From positions 760 to 64,759 of the forward strand of contig JAWXUX010000011.1 in NCBI GenBank assembly GCA_044426045.1: a stretch of 64,000 bases of DNA, written 5' to 3'. A program made the position numbers and the translations under genes. The DNA comes from Bacillota bacterium. Its GTDB lineage: Bacteria; Bacillota; Clostridia; Christensenellales; CAMQZB01. Every line of letters starts with the position of its first letter. Positions within the stretch are counted from its first letter, which is position 1. The notes under the pieces were generated by a model. That model was given only the letters and a program-made list of their open reading frames with translations, made no database searches and had not been told where the DNA came from. Positions 1 to 9,277 of this stretch are shown here, one piece after another.

Positions 1-376
1 TTTGTCCCTTGCAACGATAAAGCATTTCGCGAAGGTGTTTTTCGCAAAGTGGGTTGTTGAAATGGCTGTGTTCAACCAAAACTTGACGAACTGAATAGTT
101 CGGATTGATGAATTTTCGATAGTTTTCCATAAGAATTGACTGACCTTGCGCGGCATAGTCGGTTTTGGCAATTTCGATTGGCAAGGCTAGCTCTGCCCCG
201 TTTCTTTTTATGTAGTCAATTCGCCCGATTTCCGTTGCACCAGAAGAAACCCAAATCATTCCCGGGTGCAATTCTCGCGAAATTCTTGCAAAAATGTTAT
301 AATCGATATCGTTATCTTGTTTGGAAATCAGCGCCATAGAGCCAACTTTTCCAACTAAATCAAAATCAAACTTCAT
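1..376 (-). CDS. Amino-acid kinase fold protein (glutamate 5-kinase-like), 5' part only; continues past the window start
   Basis: Own translation of the minus strand from ATG 376-374 (GGAG about 8 nt upstream): MKFDFDLVGKVGSMALISKQ...MIWVSSGATEIGR. The K-x-GS loop and SSGA motif resemble the Asp/Glu/uridylate kinase family. It is not in the ORF track because there is no stop inside the window. Confidence 0.5.
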   Translation of the reverse strand, partial: MKFDFDLVGKVGSMALISKQDNDIDYNIFARISRELHPGMIWVSSGATEIGRIDYIKRNGAELALPIEIAKTDYAAQGQSILMENYRKFINPNYSVRQVLVEHSHFNNPLCEKHLREMLYRCKGQ

Positions 377-447
377 GTTTTCTCCTTTGCATGCTTTTGT
401 GTTTTAGTGTTTAGTGTTTTTATATTTTTGTGTTTTTATGTAGTGGT

Positions 448-639
448 TTATTTCTTTTTATATGTTTTTCCTGCGGTTGACGGCATGATGATTTTGTCGA
501 TTGTAAGGCTCATTTCGTCTTTTCCGCCCGTCACACATTTCATGCAGTTGTCACAAATTTTTGTTTCGTCAAACTCGCAAAGTCCGCAATCGCCACAGTT
601 GTCACATTCCTTGGTTTTATCATTAACGCAAACTCTCAT
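448..639 (-). CDS. Small cysteine-rich protein (63 aa), family not recognised
   Basis: ORF track. Seven Cys are arranged CxxCxxCxxC...CxxCxxC in the first 35 residues. A GAGG-like SD lies about 8 nt upstream. It sits between two same-strand genes. Confidence 0.4.
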   Translation of the reverse strand: MRVCVNDKTKECDNCGDCGLCEFDETKICDNCMKCVTGGKDEMSLTIDKIIMPSTAGKTYKKK

Positions 640-682
640 TTTATTACCTCGTTATATCATTTGTTTATATCATTTATTTATA

Positions 683-1903
683 TCATTTTATCAATTTTTT
701 CAAGCATGTTTTTGCGGCATATTTGCAATGTTCATACGTGAGTCCACCTTGCATATAGGCAACATACGGCTCGCAGATTGGCGCATCGGCTGAAAGTTCG
801 AGGCTCGCACCTTGAACAAAGCAACCCGCCGCCATGATGACTTTTGATGTGTAGCCCGGCATATCCCACGCTTCAAGCTTGACGTGAGCATCCACTGGCG
901 AAACTTCTTGTATGCTTTGAATAAATCCGCAAAGCTCGTCTTCCGTGTCGAATTTTATGCACCTTGTGATGTCTTCGCACTTGCTTCCCGCTTTTGGCAA
1001 TGTTTCATAACCGAGGTTTTCCATCATTTTGCCAAAGAGAAGTGAGCCTTTGATGCTTTGCGAGATTGTGTGTGGTGCAAGAAACATCGCTTGATAAAAA
1101 AGGCGGTAACCCGATTCAAACGAGCCAATTTCAAGCCCAACCGACGGCACGGTGAACCTTCCGCCTACCATTTCGATATACTTCTTTTTGCCCGCGATAT
1201 AACCGCCTGTCGCAACGATACCCGCACCTGGGTTTTTTATCATTGAACCGCAGATGATATCCGCACCGACTGCTGTTGGCTCTTTTGTGTCGACAAATTC
1301 AGTGTAGCAGTTGTCGATAAAAATGATGATATCTTCATCAATCGCTTTCACAAATTTCACAAGCTCTTCAATCTGAGCTGTTGAAAGGGCGTTTCGCCAA
1401 GCATAGCCACGCGAGCGTTGAACATAGACCATTTTATATTTTTTGCTTGTGAGTTTTTCTTTCAAAAGTTCGAAATCGAAATCGTCACCTTTAAGGCTGA
1501 TATCTTCAAAGCTGATGAAATAATCCGCAAGGGATCCGTTTTTTGAGGCTAGCACTTCTTCAAGAGTGTCATATGGACGTCCCGTCACGCTGAGCACGTT
1601 GTCGTGCGGTCTCAAAACGCCATAAAGTGCCATTCCGATTGCGTGAGTTCCGCTCATGATCATTGGGGAAATGATTGCACTTTCCGCTTCCACGATGTCG
1701 GCAAAAAGATTATAAAGCGTGTCGCGAGAAAGGTCGCCATAGCCATATCCCGTGCTTCCATAAAAATGGTTTAGCGAGATTGTGTTTTTTTTGAATGCTT
1801 TCAGCACTTTTTCTTGATTAAATTGGGCAATTTCTTCCACCGCTTTGAACTGCTGTTTTAAGCTTTCTTCAATTTCTTCGATGTATTTTGCAGTGTCTTG
1901 CAT
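683..1903 (-). CDS. YnbB / aluminium-resistance family PLP-dependent enzyme (Cys/Met-metabolism fold)
   Basis: ORF 683..1933. The sequence (GSTGYGYGD...SGTHA...) is typical of this family, which commonly follows hfq in Firmicutes. Start moved to ATG 1903, which has AAAGGAGAAAC directly upstream. Confidence 0.8.
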   Translation of the reverse strand: MQDTAKYIEEIEESLKQQFKAVEEIAQFNQEKVLKAFKKNTISLNHFYGSTGYGYGDLSRDTLYNLFADIVEAESAIISPMIMSGTHAIGMALYGVLRPHDNVLSVTGRPYDTLEEVLASKNGSLADYFISFEDISLKGDDFDFELLKEKLTSKKYKMVYVQRSRGYAWRNALSTAQIEELVKFVKAIDEDIIIFIDNCYTEFVDTKEPTAVGADIICGSMIKNPGAGIVATGGYIAGKKKYIEMVGGRFTVPSVGLEIGSFESGYRLFYQAMFLAPHTISQSIKGSLLFGKMMENLGYETLPKAGSKCEDITRCIKFDTEDELCGFIQSIQEVSPVDAHVKLEAWDMPGYTSKVIMAAGCFVQGASLELSADAPICEPYVAYMQGGLTYEHCKYAAKTCLKKLIK

Positions 1904-1913
1904 GTTTCTCCTT

Positions 1914-2147
1914 TTATTCAAGCCTTGTTTCACCGCTCAGGATAAAGTCGCTTGAAATAACGTATAGTATATTTGATTTATAAAGCATGATTTGGTGCTT
2001 TTCGGTGTCGAGAATGACAACTTGCGGGTCGAAACCCCTGACTATGCCTTTCACGGTTTCACCACCGCACAAAATCGCTTCAACTTGCTTTTTTTCACGC
2101 CTTGAATGGTTCAAAATTATATCTTGCAAAATTAACTGTGTTTTCAC
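1914..2147 (-). CDS. hfq: RNA chaperone Hfq
   Basis: 77 aa. Sm-like core LQD..LN..R.....V...L..G....G.V.GFD.....L........YK..I.Y. GTG start with GAGGTGA 5 nt upstream. Sits in the miaA-hfq context. Confidence 0.85.
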   Translation of the reverse strand: MKTQLILQDIILNHSRREKKQVEAILCGGETVKGIVRGFDPQVVILDTEKHQIMLYKSNILYVISSDFILSGETRLE

Positions 2148-2224
2148 GTCTTCACCTCGTGCCCTTTCGAGCCTTTTTAGATGATTTTGGTCAAAGATAT
2201 ATTTTTTATACCACAGTTTTGGTT

Positions 2225-3142
2225 TTATTGGTTTTTATATTTTTCGATAATGAAATTCGCTTTTTCTTCTGCTGTTAGGTTTTCTGGGATACACTCGCAA
2301 ACGCCTGCGTTTTTGAACCATGTGAATTGGCGTTTGGCGTAGTTTCGGGAAAACTGCTTGATTTTTTCAAGCGTTTCACCTTTTGTCCAAATGCCATTTT
2401 TGAAGTTGAAAATTTCGCGATAGCCAATGGCTTTCATGCTTCCAAATTCTTCGCAATTTGGGTGGGTTTCCAAGATTTTGTCGAATTCTTCAAAAAGTCC
2501 CGCTTCCTCCATCAAATCGACACGCATGTTTATTCGGCTGTACAAAAGTTCACGATTGATATCGATATAAAAGGCGGAGTGGTTGTATCTTGGGGTTTTT
2601 TCTTCTTTTATTTCGGATTTTTTAACACCCGTTTCGTGGAAAATTTCTAGTGCTCTTATAATTCTTGGCACATCGTTTATGTGAAATTTATCGGCGGTTT
2701 CTTTATCCACGCTTGCGAGCATGTCATAAAGATATTGATTGCCTTTTTCAGCGAGAATTTGCTTATATTCTTCACGGAGTTTATCATTTTTTGCCGTGCC
2801 ACCAAACGAACGGTTGAAAAGCAGACTGTCGATATAAAGCCCCGTTCCACCGCAGATGATTGGCACATTGCCACGAGCTGAGATTTCATCAATTGCAATG
2901 CTCGCTTTTTCCACAAAGTCGGAAACGGAAAATTCCTCGCTTGGCTCGCAGATATCGATGAGATGGTGGGGAACCCCTTGCATTTCCTCCCCTGTCACTT
3001 TTGCGGTGCCGATGTCGAGGGTTTTATATATTTGCATTGAATCGGCAGAAATCACTTCGCCGTTTATTTTTTTTGCAATTTCAACGGCGAGCGAGCTTTT
3101 CCCCGATGCTGTTGGTCCTGCAATAACGATTATTTTTTTCAT
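2225..3142 (-). CDS. miaA: tRNA dimethylallyltransferase
   Basis: P-loop IVIAGPTASGKS and overall MiaA similarity. Start moved to the ATG giving MKKIIVIAGPT (AAAGGA SD); it overlaps the mutL stop. Confidence 0.9.
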   Translation of the reverse strand: MKKIIVIAGPTASGKSSLAVEIAKKINGEVISADSMQIYKTLDIGTAKVTGEEMQGVPHHLIDICEPSEEFSVSDFVEKASIAIDEISARGNVPIICGGTGLYIDSLLFNRSFGGTAKNDKLREEYKQILAEKGNQYLYDMLASVDKETADKFHINDVPRIIRALEIFHETGVKKSEIKEEKTPRYNHSAFYIDINRELLYSRINMRVDLMEEAGLFEEFDKILETHPNCEEFGSMKAIGYREIFNFKNGIWTKGETLEKIKQFSRNYAKRQFTWFKNAGVCECIPENLTAEEKANFIIEKYKNQ

Positions 3143-5097
3143 AGTATCCTTTTGAACCATTTTTCAACGTCACGTTTTGGAACTGTCACAACAACGGGTC
3201 TTCCGTGCGGACATTTCATTGCGAGGTTGTTTAAGAGTTTTGAAACGAGCTCCTTCACTTCTTTTTCCGATAGGTCTTGACCCGCTTTCACCGCGTGTTT
3301 GCACGCTTTTTGGATTAGGTTCATTTTCACAAACGCAGGCAAATCTTCCGCGAACTGTTCGATTTCGGAAAATATGTCATTGAAAAAACCTTGGATATCA
3401 AGTCCCACAAGTTGGGTTGGAATTTCGCAAACATCATATTCGCTCCTGCCAACTGCTGGCAGAATTCGAAAGCCCATATCCATGAGTGAATGGTGGTGAA
3501 GGTGGATAAAATCTTCTTCGATTGGATTTAGTTTCAACAAAAACGGCACAAGCAGTTCTTGCCTTGCAACTTCGGCATGCGTGACACTGTTTCGATAGTT
3601 TTCATATATAAGCGTTTCGTGGGCGGCGTGTTGGTCAATCATCAGAAGTTTATCGCCACTTTGAACCATTATATAGGTTGAAAAAAGTGTGCCAACAATT
3701 CGAACGTCCGCCTCGTCAAGCGTGCGATTCAGCTCCTTTTGCCAATCTTCAATCACTTTCGCTTCTTCTTTTTGCGTTAGTGGTTGTGGCGTTATATCGG
3801 AAACTCCACCGTCGAACATGCTTTGTGAAAGCATTTGAACTTCGTTGTGGGCTATGTTTTCTTTTGGGGTGAAAGTGAATTCTACATCGTATTTTTTATC
3901 CACTTTATCTTTTTCCGCTTCCGAGCGATATTCCACGTTTTCATTTTCGTTATAGCTTTTCAAAAGCTGAAATGCATTCGGTGGTGCTGGGTCAAAAAGT
4001 GGGGTGTTGTCATATTCTTCTTGCTGCTGTTTGGTCATCACGGGGATATATTTTATTATTTTCTTGCCTTCAAGTGGGAATTCGCCCGAATTGCCACAAT
4101 CGGCAACTTCTTCCGTTTCACTTTTGAGATATTCCGTCACCGCTTTGAAAATTGTGCCAAATACGAGTTTTGTGTCTTGAAATCTCACGTCGGTTTTTGT
4201 TGGCGACACATTGACATCCACAAACCCTGGCAAAAAATCAAAGTGCATAACAAAAAATGGGAATGATTTTTTCATGACAAATGGGCGATAGACGGCATTC
4301 AGACACTGCGAAAGTGTTTCGTTTTTCACGTATCTGCCATTAACGAACATCGTTTGATAGGTTCTGTTGCCTTTTGGGAAATCTATTTTTGAATAGTAGC
4401 CTTTTATTGAGATATTGTTTCTCACCACGTTGATATAATGGGAATTTTCGATATAGTCACCCGAATAAACTTCAAAGACTGCCGTTTCCAAGTTTTTGCC
4501 CGAAACGCTGTATATTTTCTTGCCGTTAAGGTAGTAGTTGAACGCTGTGTAGGGATTGGAAAGAATGAGTTTTTCCACCATAACTGTTATTTCGCGTTCT
4601 TCTGATTTTGGGGCTTTCAAGAATTTTTCGCGGACTGGGGTGTTGAAAAATAGGTTTTCCACGATAACTTCGGTGCCTTTTTCCGTGCTTGAATCGGCAA
4701 CGCTTGAAATTATTCCGCCTTTTGAAATAACTTCGGTGCCAACTTCTTCGCTTTGGTGTTTGGTTCTTATTGTCATCATGGAAACTGATGCTATCGACGG
4801 GATTGCCTCGCCACGAAAGCCATATGTTGCCATGTTTTCAAGGTCATCTGCTGAGGAAAGTTTGCTTGTTGCGTGCTTATAAAAGCAGTTTCGCGCGTCT
4901 TGACGTTCCATGCCAACACCGTCGTCGATAACGCTTATGTCCTTTGCATCGTTTGAGATGAAAATCGTGATTGATTCAGCACCCGCGTCAAGTGCGTTTT
5001 CAACGAGTTCTTTCACTACGCTTGATGGGCGTTCGATAACTTCCCCTGCTGATATTTGATTGTAGGTTACGCTGTCTAGCACTTTGATTTTTGGCAT
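3139..5097 (-). CDS. mutL: DNA mismatch repair protein MutL
   Basis: 652 aa. N-terminal GHKL motifs (QISAGEVIERPSSVVKELVENALDAG, DDGVGM) and a MutL C-terminal dimerisation domain. Directly downstream of mutS. Confidence 0.95.
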   Translation of the reverse strand: MPKIKVLDSVTYNQISAGEVIERPSSVVKELVENALDAGAESITIFISNDAKDISVIDDGVGMERQDARNCFYKHATSKLSSADDLENMATYGFRGEAIPSIASVSMMTIRTKHQSEEVGTEVISKGGIISSVADSSTEKGTEVIVENLFFNTPVREKFLKAPKSEEREITVMVEKLILSNPYTAFNYYLNGKKIYSVSGKNLETAVFEVYSGDYIENSHYINVVRNNISIKGYYSKIDFPKGNRTYQTMFVNGRYVKNETLSQCLNAVYRPFVMKKSFPFFVMHFDFLPGFVDVNVSPTKTDVRFQDTKLVFGTIFKAVTEYLKSETEEVADCGNSGEFPLEGKKIIKYIPVMTKQQQEEYDNTPLFDPAPPNAFQLLKSYNENENVEYRSEAEKDKVDKKYDVEFTFTPKENIAHNEVQMLSQSMFDGGVSDITPQPLTQKEEAKVIEDWQKELNRTLDEADVRIVGTLFSTYIMVQSGDKLLMIDQHAAHETLIYENYRNSVTHAEVARQELLVPFLLKLNPIEEDFIHLHHHSLMDMGFRILPAVGRSEYDVCEIPTQLVGLDIQGFFNDIFSEIEQFAEDLPAFVKMNLIQKACKHAVKAGQDLSEKEVKELVSKLLNNLAMKCPHGRPVVVTVPKRDVEKWFKRIL

Positions 5098-5098
5098 T

Positions 5099-7687
5099 TT
5101 AGTTCTCCAATTCTTCTTTTAGTTTCGCAAGGATATCATGTGCGGTTCTTGGGGTAATTTCGTCGAGATTAAGCGATAAAATTTCCTCGCACGCCTTTTT
5201 ATATTCACTTGGGATTTCTTCTTGTTCTGGAGCGGCGATGGAGTCGAAATCGATTTTGCCCTGCACGCATGTGAGTTCAACACTTTCGAGGTCTTTCAAG
5301 ATTTTTTTTGCATTTTTCAACACTTCTTTTGGAAGTCCCGCAAGTGAAGCGACTTCGATACCAAAGCTTCGCTCCGATCTGCCACGCACGATTTTTCTTA
5401 AAAAGACGATTTTTCCGCCTTGCTCGCGAACCATGATTTTATAGTTTTTGATACCTTCAGCAACCATTTCAAGCTCGGTTAGCTCGTGATAGTGGGTTGC
5501 AAAGATTGTTTTTGCATGGATTTTTTCAGTTATATATTTCGTCACTGCAAAGGCGATTGAAAGTCCGTCCATTGTTGAGGTGCCACGTCCAACTTCGTCC
5601 AAAATAATCAGTGAATTTATTGTGGCATTTTGCAAGATGTTGGAAACTTCAACCATTTCTACCATGAATGTTGATTGGTCATAAATCAAATTGTCGCTTG
5701 CACCAATTCGCGTGAAAATTCGGTCGCAAATTGGGATTGTCGCTTTTGTTGCGGGCACAAACGAGCCCATGTGGGCAAGGAATGTGATGATTGCAATTTG
5801 TCGCATATATGTGCTTTTTCCCGCCATGTTTGGGCCCGTTAGAATGGTTGTGCGAGAATCTGTTGTGTTCAAGTGGGTGTCGTTTGCAACAAACGTTTCT
5901 TTTGTTTGAAGTTTTTCCACAATCGGGTGGCGACCGCCGATGATTTCTAGCTCATCAGAAAGGGTGATTTGCGGTCTTACAAAATCGTTTTCCCTTGCGA
6001 CGATTGCAAAGGCTAGCATGCAATCAAGGTGGGAAATTGCCATTGCTGTTTCTTGCATTGGTTTGATAAAACCAGATAAAAATGCGAGAAGTTGGGCAAA
6101 GATTTCCTCTTCAATGGCAAGGGATTTTTCCTTTGCGGAAAAGATTTTTTCTTCGAGGGTTTTGAGTTCTTCTGTTATATATCTTTCGCAGTTTGCGACC
6201 GTTTGTTTTCTGACATAATGAAGTGGCACGAGGTCTTGATTTTGTTTTGTCACTTCAATATAATAACCATAAACGCGGTTGACTTTTATTTTAAGGTTTT
6301 TGATGCCGGTGCTTTCGCGTTCACGCTCTACCATTTCATTGATGACGGTTTGTGAGTTTTGTTGAAGCTCGCCAAGTTCTTTCAAATCGGCGTTGAAATC
6401 TTCGTTGATATAGCCACCGTCTTTTGTGAGGGCGGGGGGATTATCCGCTATTGTTTTTGCAAGCGCTTCGCAAACAGATGGGAACTGCTGGATTTGTTCC
6501 GACAAATCGGATATCGCTTTCACCCCAAAAGAAGAAAGCACGTTTTTGAGATCTGGCAAGACTGCAAGAGATTTCCCAAGCGCTTCAAGGTCGCGTGGGT
6601 TTGCGTTGCCAAGTGAGATTTTTCCGCTTATTCTGAAAATGTCGCGAACGAGGGAAAGTGCATTTTTCACTTTGTCACGTTTTATATTGTTTTCCACAAG
6701 CCCTTCCACGATATCAAGCCTTGTTTCGATGTTTTCTTGGTTTATGAGCGGTGCGTTCAGATATTCTTTCAGCTGTCTTGCGCCCATTGATGTTTGCGTT
6801 TTTGAAAGTAGCCACAAAATGCTTCCATATGCCTTGCCGTCGCGATTTGAGGCGAGAATTTCGAGGTTACGTTTTGTGTTTGAATCGATTTTGAGATGCT
6901 CGCTTTTTCTGATAACTGTGAGTTTATCAAGGTGGGCAAGGGATTTTTTTTGCGTTTCTTCGATATATTCAAGAAGTGAGCCAACTGCTGAAAACACGCT
7001 TTTTGATTTGATTTCAAAGGCGTCAAGCGTTGCAATGCCGAGTTGCTTTTTGATTTTTTTCACGCCGTTTTCTTCGTTATATGCCCATTCATAATAGCTT
7101 TGGAACTTTGGCACAAGCTGTTTTTCTGCGATTGGGAAATAATATTGCTTCGCAGCTCCCCTTGCGATGATTTCTGCGGGCGCGATATCAAGCAGCATTT
7201 CAGAAACTTCCGTCACGTCGCCTTTTGTTTTGCCCTCCCAACAGAAAATCTCGCCAACAGAAATATCGCACCACGCAAGGGCGAATTTTCCGTTTGTTTC
7301 GGTGATTGAGAGGATATAATTTGAAGTGTCCTCTTTCAGCATGTCGGTTTCGACAAGCGTTCCTGCTGTCACCACTTTCACGACTTCGCGTTTCACAATG
7401 CCTTTGGCGCTAGGTTTTGTGACTTGCTCGCAGATTGCCACCTTATAGCCTTTTTCGACAAGCCTTGCGATATATTGATTAACCGCGTGATATGGGACTC
7501 CGCACATTGGGGCTTTTTGCTCCTCGCCACAATTTCTGCCAGTGAGGGTGAGGTCGAGCTCCTTTGATGCCAAAATTGCATCGTCATAGAACATTTCGTA
7601 AAAATCACCAAGCCTGTAAAGCAATATGCTGTCTTTATATTCTTCTTTCATTTGAAAGTATTGTTTCATCATTGGTGTCAGTGCCAT
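5099..7687 (-). CDS. mutS: DNA mismatch repair protein MutS
   Basis: 862 aa. N-terminus TPMMKQY...K......LLYRLGDFYE, and Walker A GPNMAGKSTYMRQ. Confidence 0.95.
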   Translation of the reverse strand: MALTPMMKQYFQMKEEYKDSILLYRLGDFYEMFYDDAILASKELDLTLTGRNCGEEQKAPMCGVPYHAVNQYIARLVEKGYKVAICEQVTKPSAKGIVKREVVKVVTAGTLVETDMLKEDTSNYILSITETNGKFALAWCDISVGEIFCWEGKTKGDVTEVSEMLLDIAPAEIIARGAAKQYYFPIAEKQLVPKFQSYYEWAYNEENGVKKIKKQLGIATLDAFEIKSKSVFSAVGSLLEYIEETQKKSLAHLDKLTVIRKSEHLKIDSNTKRNLEILASNRDGKAYGSILWLLSKTQTSMGARQLKEYLNAPLINQENIETRLDIVEGLVENNIKRDKVKNALSLVRDIFRISGKISLGNANPRDLEALGKSLAVLPDLKNVLSSFGVKAISDLSEQIQQFPSVCEALAKTIADNPPALTKDGGYINEDFNADLKELGELQQNSQTVINEMVERERESTGIKNLKIKVNRVYGYYIEVTKQNQDLVPLHYVRKQTVANCERYITEELKTLEEKIFSAKEKSLAIEEEIFAQLLAFLSGFIKPMQETAMAISHLDCMLAFAIVARENDFVRPQITLSDELEIIGGRHPIVEKLQTKETFVANDTHLNTTDSRTTILTGPNMAGKSTYMRQIAIITFLAHMGSFVPATKATIPICDRIFTRIGASDNLIYDQSTFMVEMVEVSNILQNATINSLIILDEVGRGTSTMDGLSIAFAVTKYITEKIHAKTIFATHYHELTELEMVAEGIKNYKIMVREQGGKIVFLRKIVRGRSERSFGIEVASLAGLPKEVLKNAKKILKDLESVELTCVQGKIDFDSIAAPEQEEIPSEYKKACEEILSLNLDEITPRTAHDILAKLKEELEN

Positions 7688-7726
7688 TTTGTCCCCTTTT
7701 GTGTTTGGATTGTCTATATTTCTTTT

Positions 7727-7822
7727 GTTATTCTATTCTTCCACACTTTCAATTTCGCCTTGTTTTGCGATTGTGTTATTCTATTCTTCCACACTCTCGA
7801 TTTCACCTTTGAGTTGCGAAAT
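7727..7822. repeat. Diverged tandem duplication (2 x ~48 bp) of the miaB 3' end
   Basis: GTTATTCTATTCTTCCACACT(T/C)TC(A/G)ATTTC(G/A)CC... occurs twice. The copy beyond the stop still reads ...GEIESVEE*. Confidence 0.8.
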
Positions 7823-9109
7823 CGTTGTGCCTGTTATTTTGATGTTCACCATTTTGCCGATAAGGTCTTCTCTGTCCGTATAAAAAACCACCATTTTGCC
7901 GTTGTCGGTTCTTCCGCAGTGGTGACCGTTGCCTCTTGAATCTTCGCAAAGCACTTCGACGGTTTTGCCGATATATGAATCGGCGATTTCTTTCGAAATT
8001 TTATTTTGCACTGCAATCAGGCGTTCAATTCTTTCAGATTGAATTTTGTCGGGAATTTGATTTTCCATGCTCGCGGCTGGCGTGCCTTTTCTGACTGAAT
8101 AAACAAAAGTGAAAGCAGTGTCGTATTTCACCTTTTCAACAAGCGAAACCGTTTCAAGAAAGTCCTCTTCCGTTTCGCCTGGGAAACCAACCATGATGTC
8201 AGACGTGATACCAACGTTTGGAATTTCCGCCCTTATCATTTCGATTTGTGAAAGATAGTCCTCGCGAGTGTATTTGCGGTTCATGGCTTTCAAAACTTTG
8301 TTTGAGCCCGCTTGAACTGGAAGGTGGATATATGAACTGATGTTGTCATATTTTTTCATGACGTCCACAACGGATTTCGAAAAATCTTTTGGATGACTTG
8401 TCATGAATCGAAGTCGGTATTTATATGGCAGTTTTGCTAGCTCTTCCATGAGAACTGCAAAGTTGATTTCGGGATTTTTGAAATCGTTGCCATATGAATC
8501 GACATTTTGACCAAGAAGTGTGATTTCTTTATAGCCTTCTTCAAGCAAGGTTTCGACTTCCTTTTTGATATCTTCAATCTTTCTTGAACGCTCGCGTCCG
8601 CGAACATAAGGCACGATGCAATAGGTGCAAAAGTTGTTGCAACCAAACATGATATTAACCCACGCATTTGGGAAAGATGTTCTTGAAATTTCCATATCTT
8701 CGATGATTTCTTTTGATTCGCAAGGCACGTTGAAAATGCGTTTTTTTGAATGTTGCTTTTCTTTTATCATTTCCTTTAGTTCGTGCAAGTTGAAAGTTCC
8801 AAAAATGATATCAACAAATTTGAAAGTATCTTTCACTTTTTCGGCGTCCTTGCCAACTTGAGTCATGCAACCGCCAACGCAGATGATTTTTTCGGGGTGC
8901 TCACGTTTCATGCTTTTGAGCGCGCCAATATTTCCAAACGCTTTATCAACGGCGTTTTCACGGATTGAACAGGTGTTGAAAACGATGATATCAGCTTCAA
9001 GCATATCATGCGTTTCTGTGTAGCCAAGGCTTTCGATTTGTCCTGCGATTTTTTCTGAATCATGGACGTTCATTTGACATCCATATGTCTTTATTAGATA
9101 CTTATTCAA
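7781..9109 (-). CDS. miaB: tRNA-i6A37 methylthiotransferase MiaB
   Basis: TYGCQMN motif, radical-SAM CNNFCTYC and a TRAM C-terminus. The ORF track starts at ATG 9151, but a consensus -10 box ends only 2 nt upstream of it. TTG at 9109 has GGGAG 6 nt upstream and gives the canonical MNKYLIKTYGCQMN N-terminus. Confidence 0.85.
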   Translation of the reverse strand: MNKYLIKTYGCQMNVHDSEKIAGQIESLGYTETHDMLEADIIVFNTCSIRENAVDKAFGNIGALKSMKREHPEKIICVGGCMTQVGKDAEKVKDTFKFVDIIFGTFNLHELKEMIKEKQHSKKRIFNVPCESKEIIEDMEISRTSFPNAWVNIMFGCNNFCTYCIVPYVRGRERSRKIEDIKKEVETLLEEGYKEITLLGQNVDSYGNDFKNPEINFAVLMEELAKLPYKYRLRFMTSHPKDFSKSVVDVMKKYDNISSYIHLPVQAGSNKVLKAMNRKYTREDYLSQIEMIRAEIPNVGITSDIMVGFPGETEEDFLETVSLVEKVKYDTAFTFVYSVRKGTPAASMENQIPDKIQSERIERLIAVQNKISKEIADSYIGKTVEVLCEDSRGNGHHCGRTDNGKMVVFYTDREDLIGKMVNIKITGTTISQLKGEIESVEE

Positions 9110-9153
9110 GTTTTGCTCCCTATAGTTAGAATTAAATTTTTCGATACACATTA

Positions 9154-9182
9154 ATTATATATTTTTTTTTATTAAATTTCAA
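9154..9182 (-). promoter_or_regulatory. Sigma-A-type promoter upstream of miaB
   Basis: Minus strand TTGAAA-N17-TATAAT. Confidence 0.5.
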
Positions 9183-9277
9183 GTTAAAAAGCTATCAACA
9201 TGAATTTTTCTAGCTTTTTATGCGTTTTTTTCGCTGAAATTGCAAACAATATTTATAAAAAAATGCGGTGGTGGGAA

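Noticed and set aside
407-793. 128-aa plus-strand ORF
   Set aside because: Its composition is low-complexity and hydrophobic/T-rich. It overlaps the better-supported minus-strand Cys-rich ORF and the end of ynbB, and it has no SD.
6426-7094. 222-aa plus-strand ORF inside mutS, and many similar plus-strand ORFs inside minus-strand genes (e.g. 17500..18066, 28823..29344, 30647..31147, 33310..33783)
   Set aside because: These are antisense shadow ORFs of strongly supported genes. Their products are Ser/Phe/Leu-rich with no recognisable motifs.
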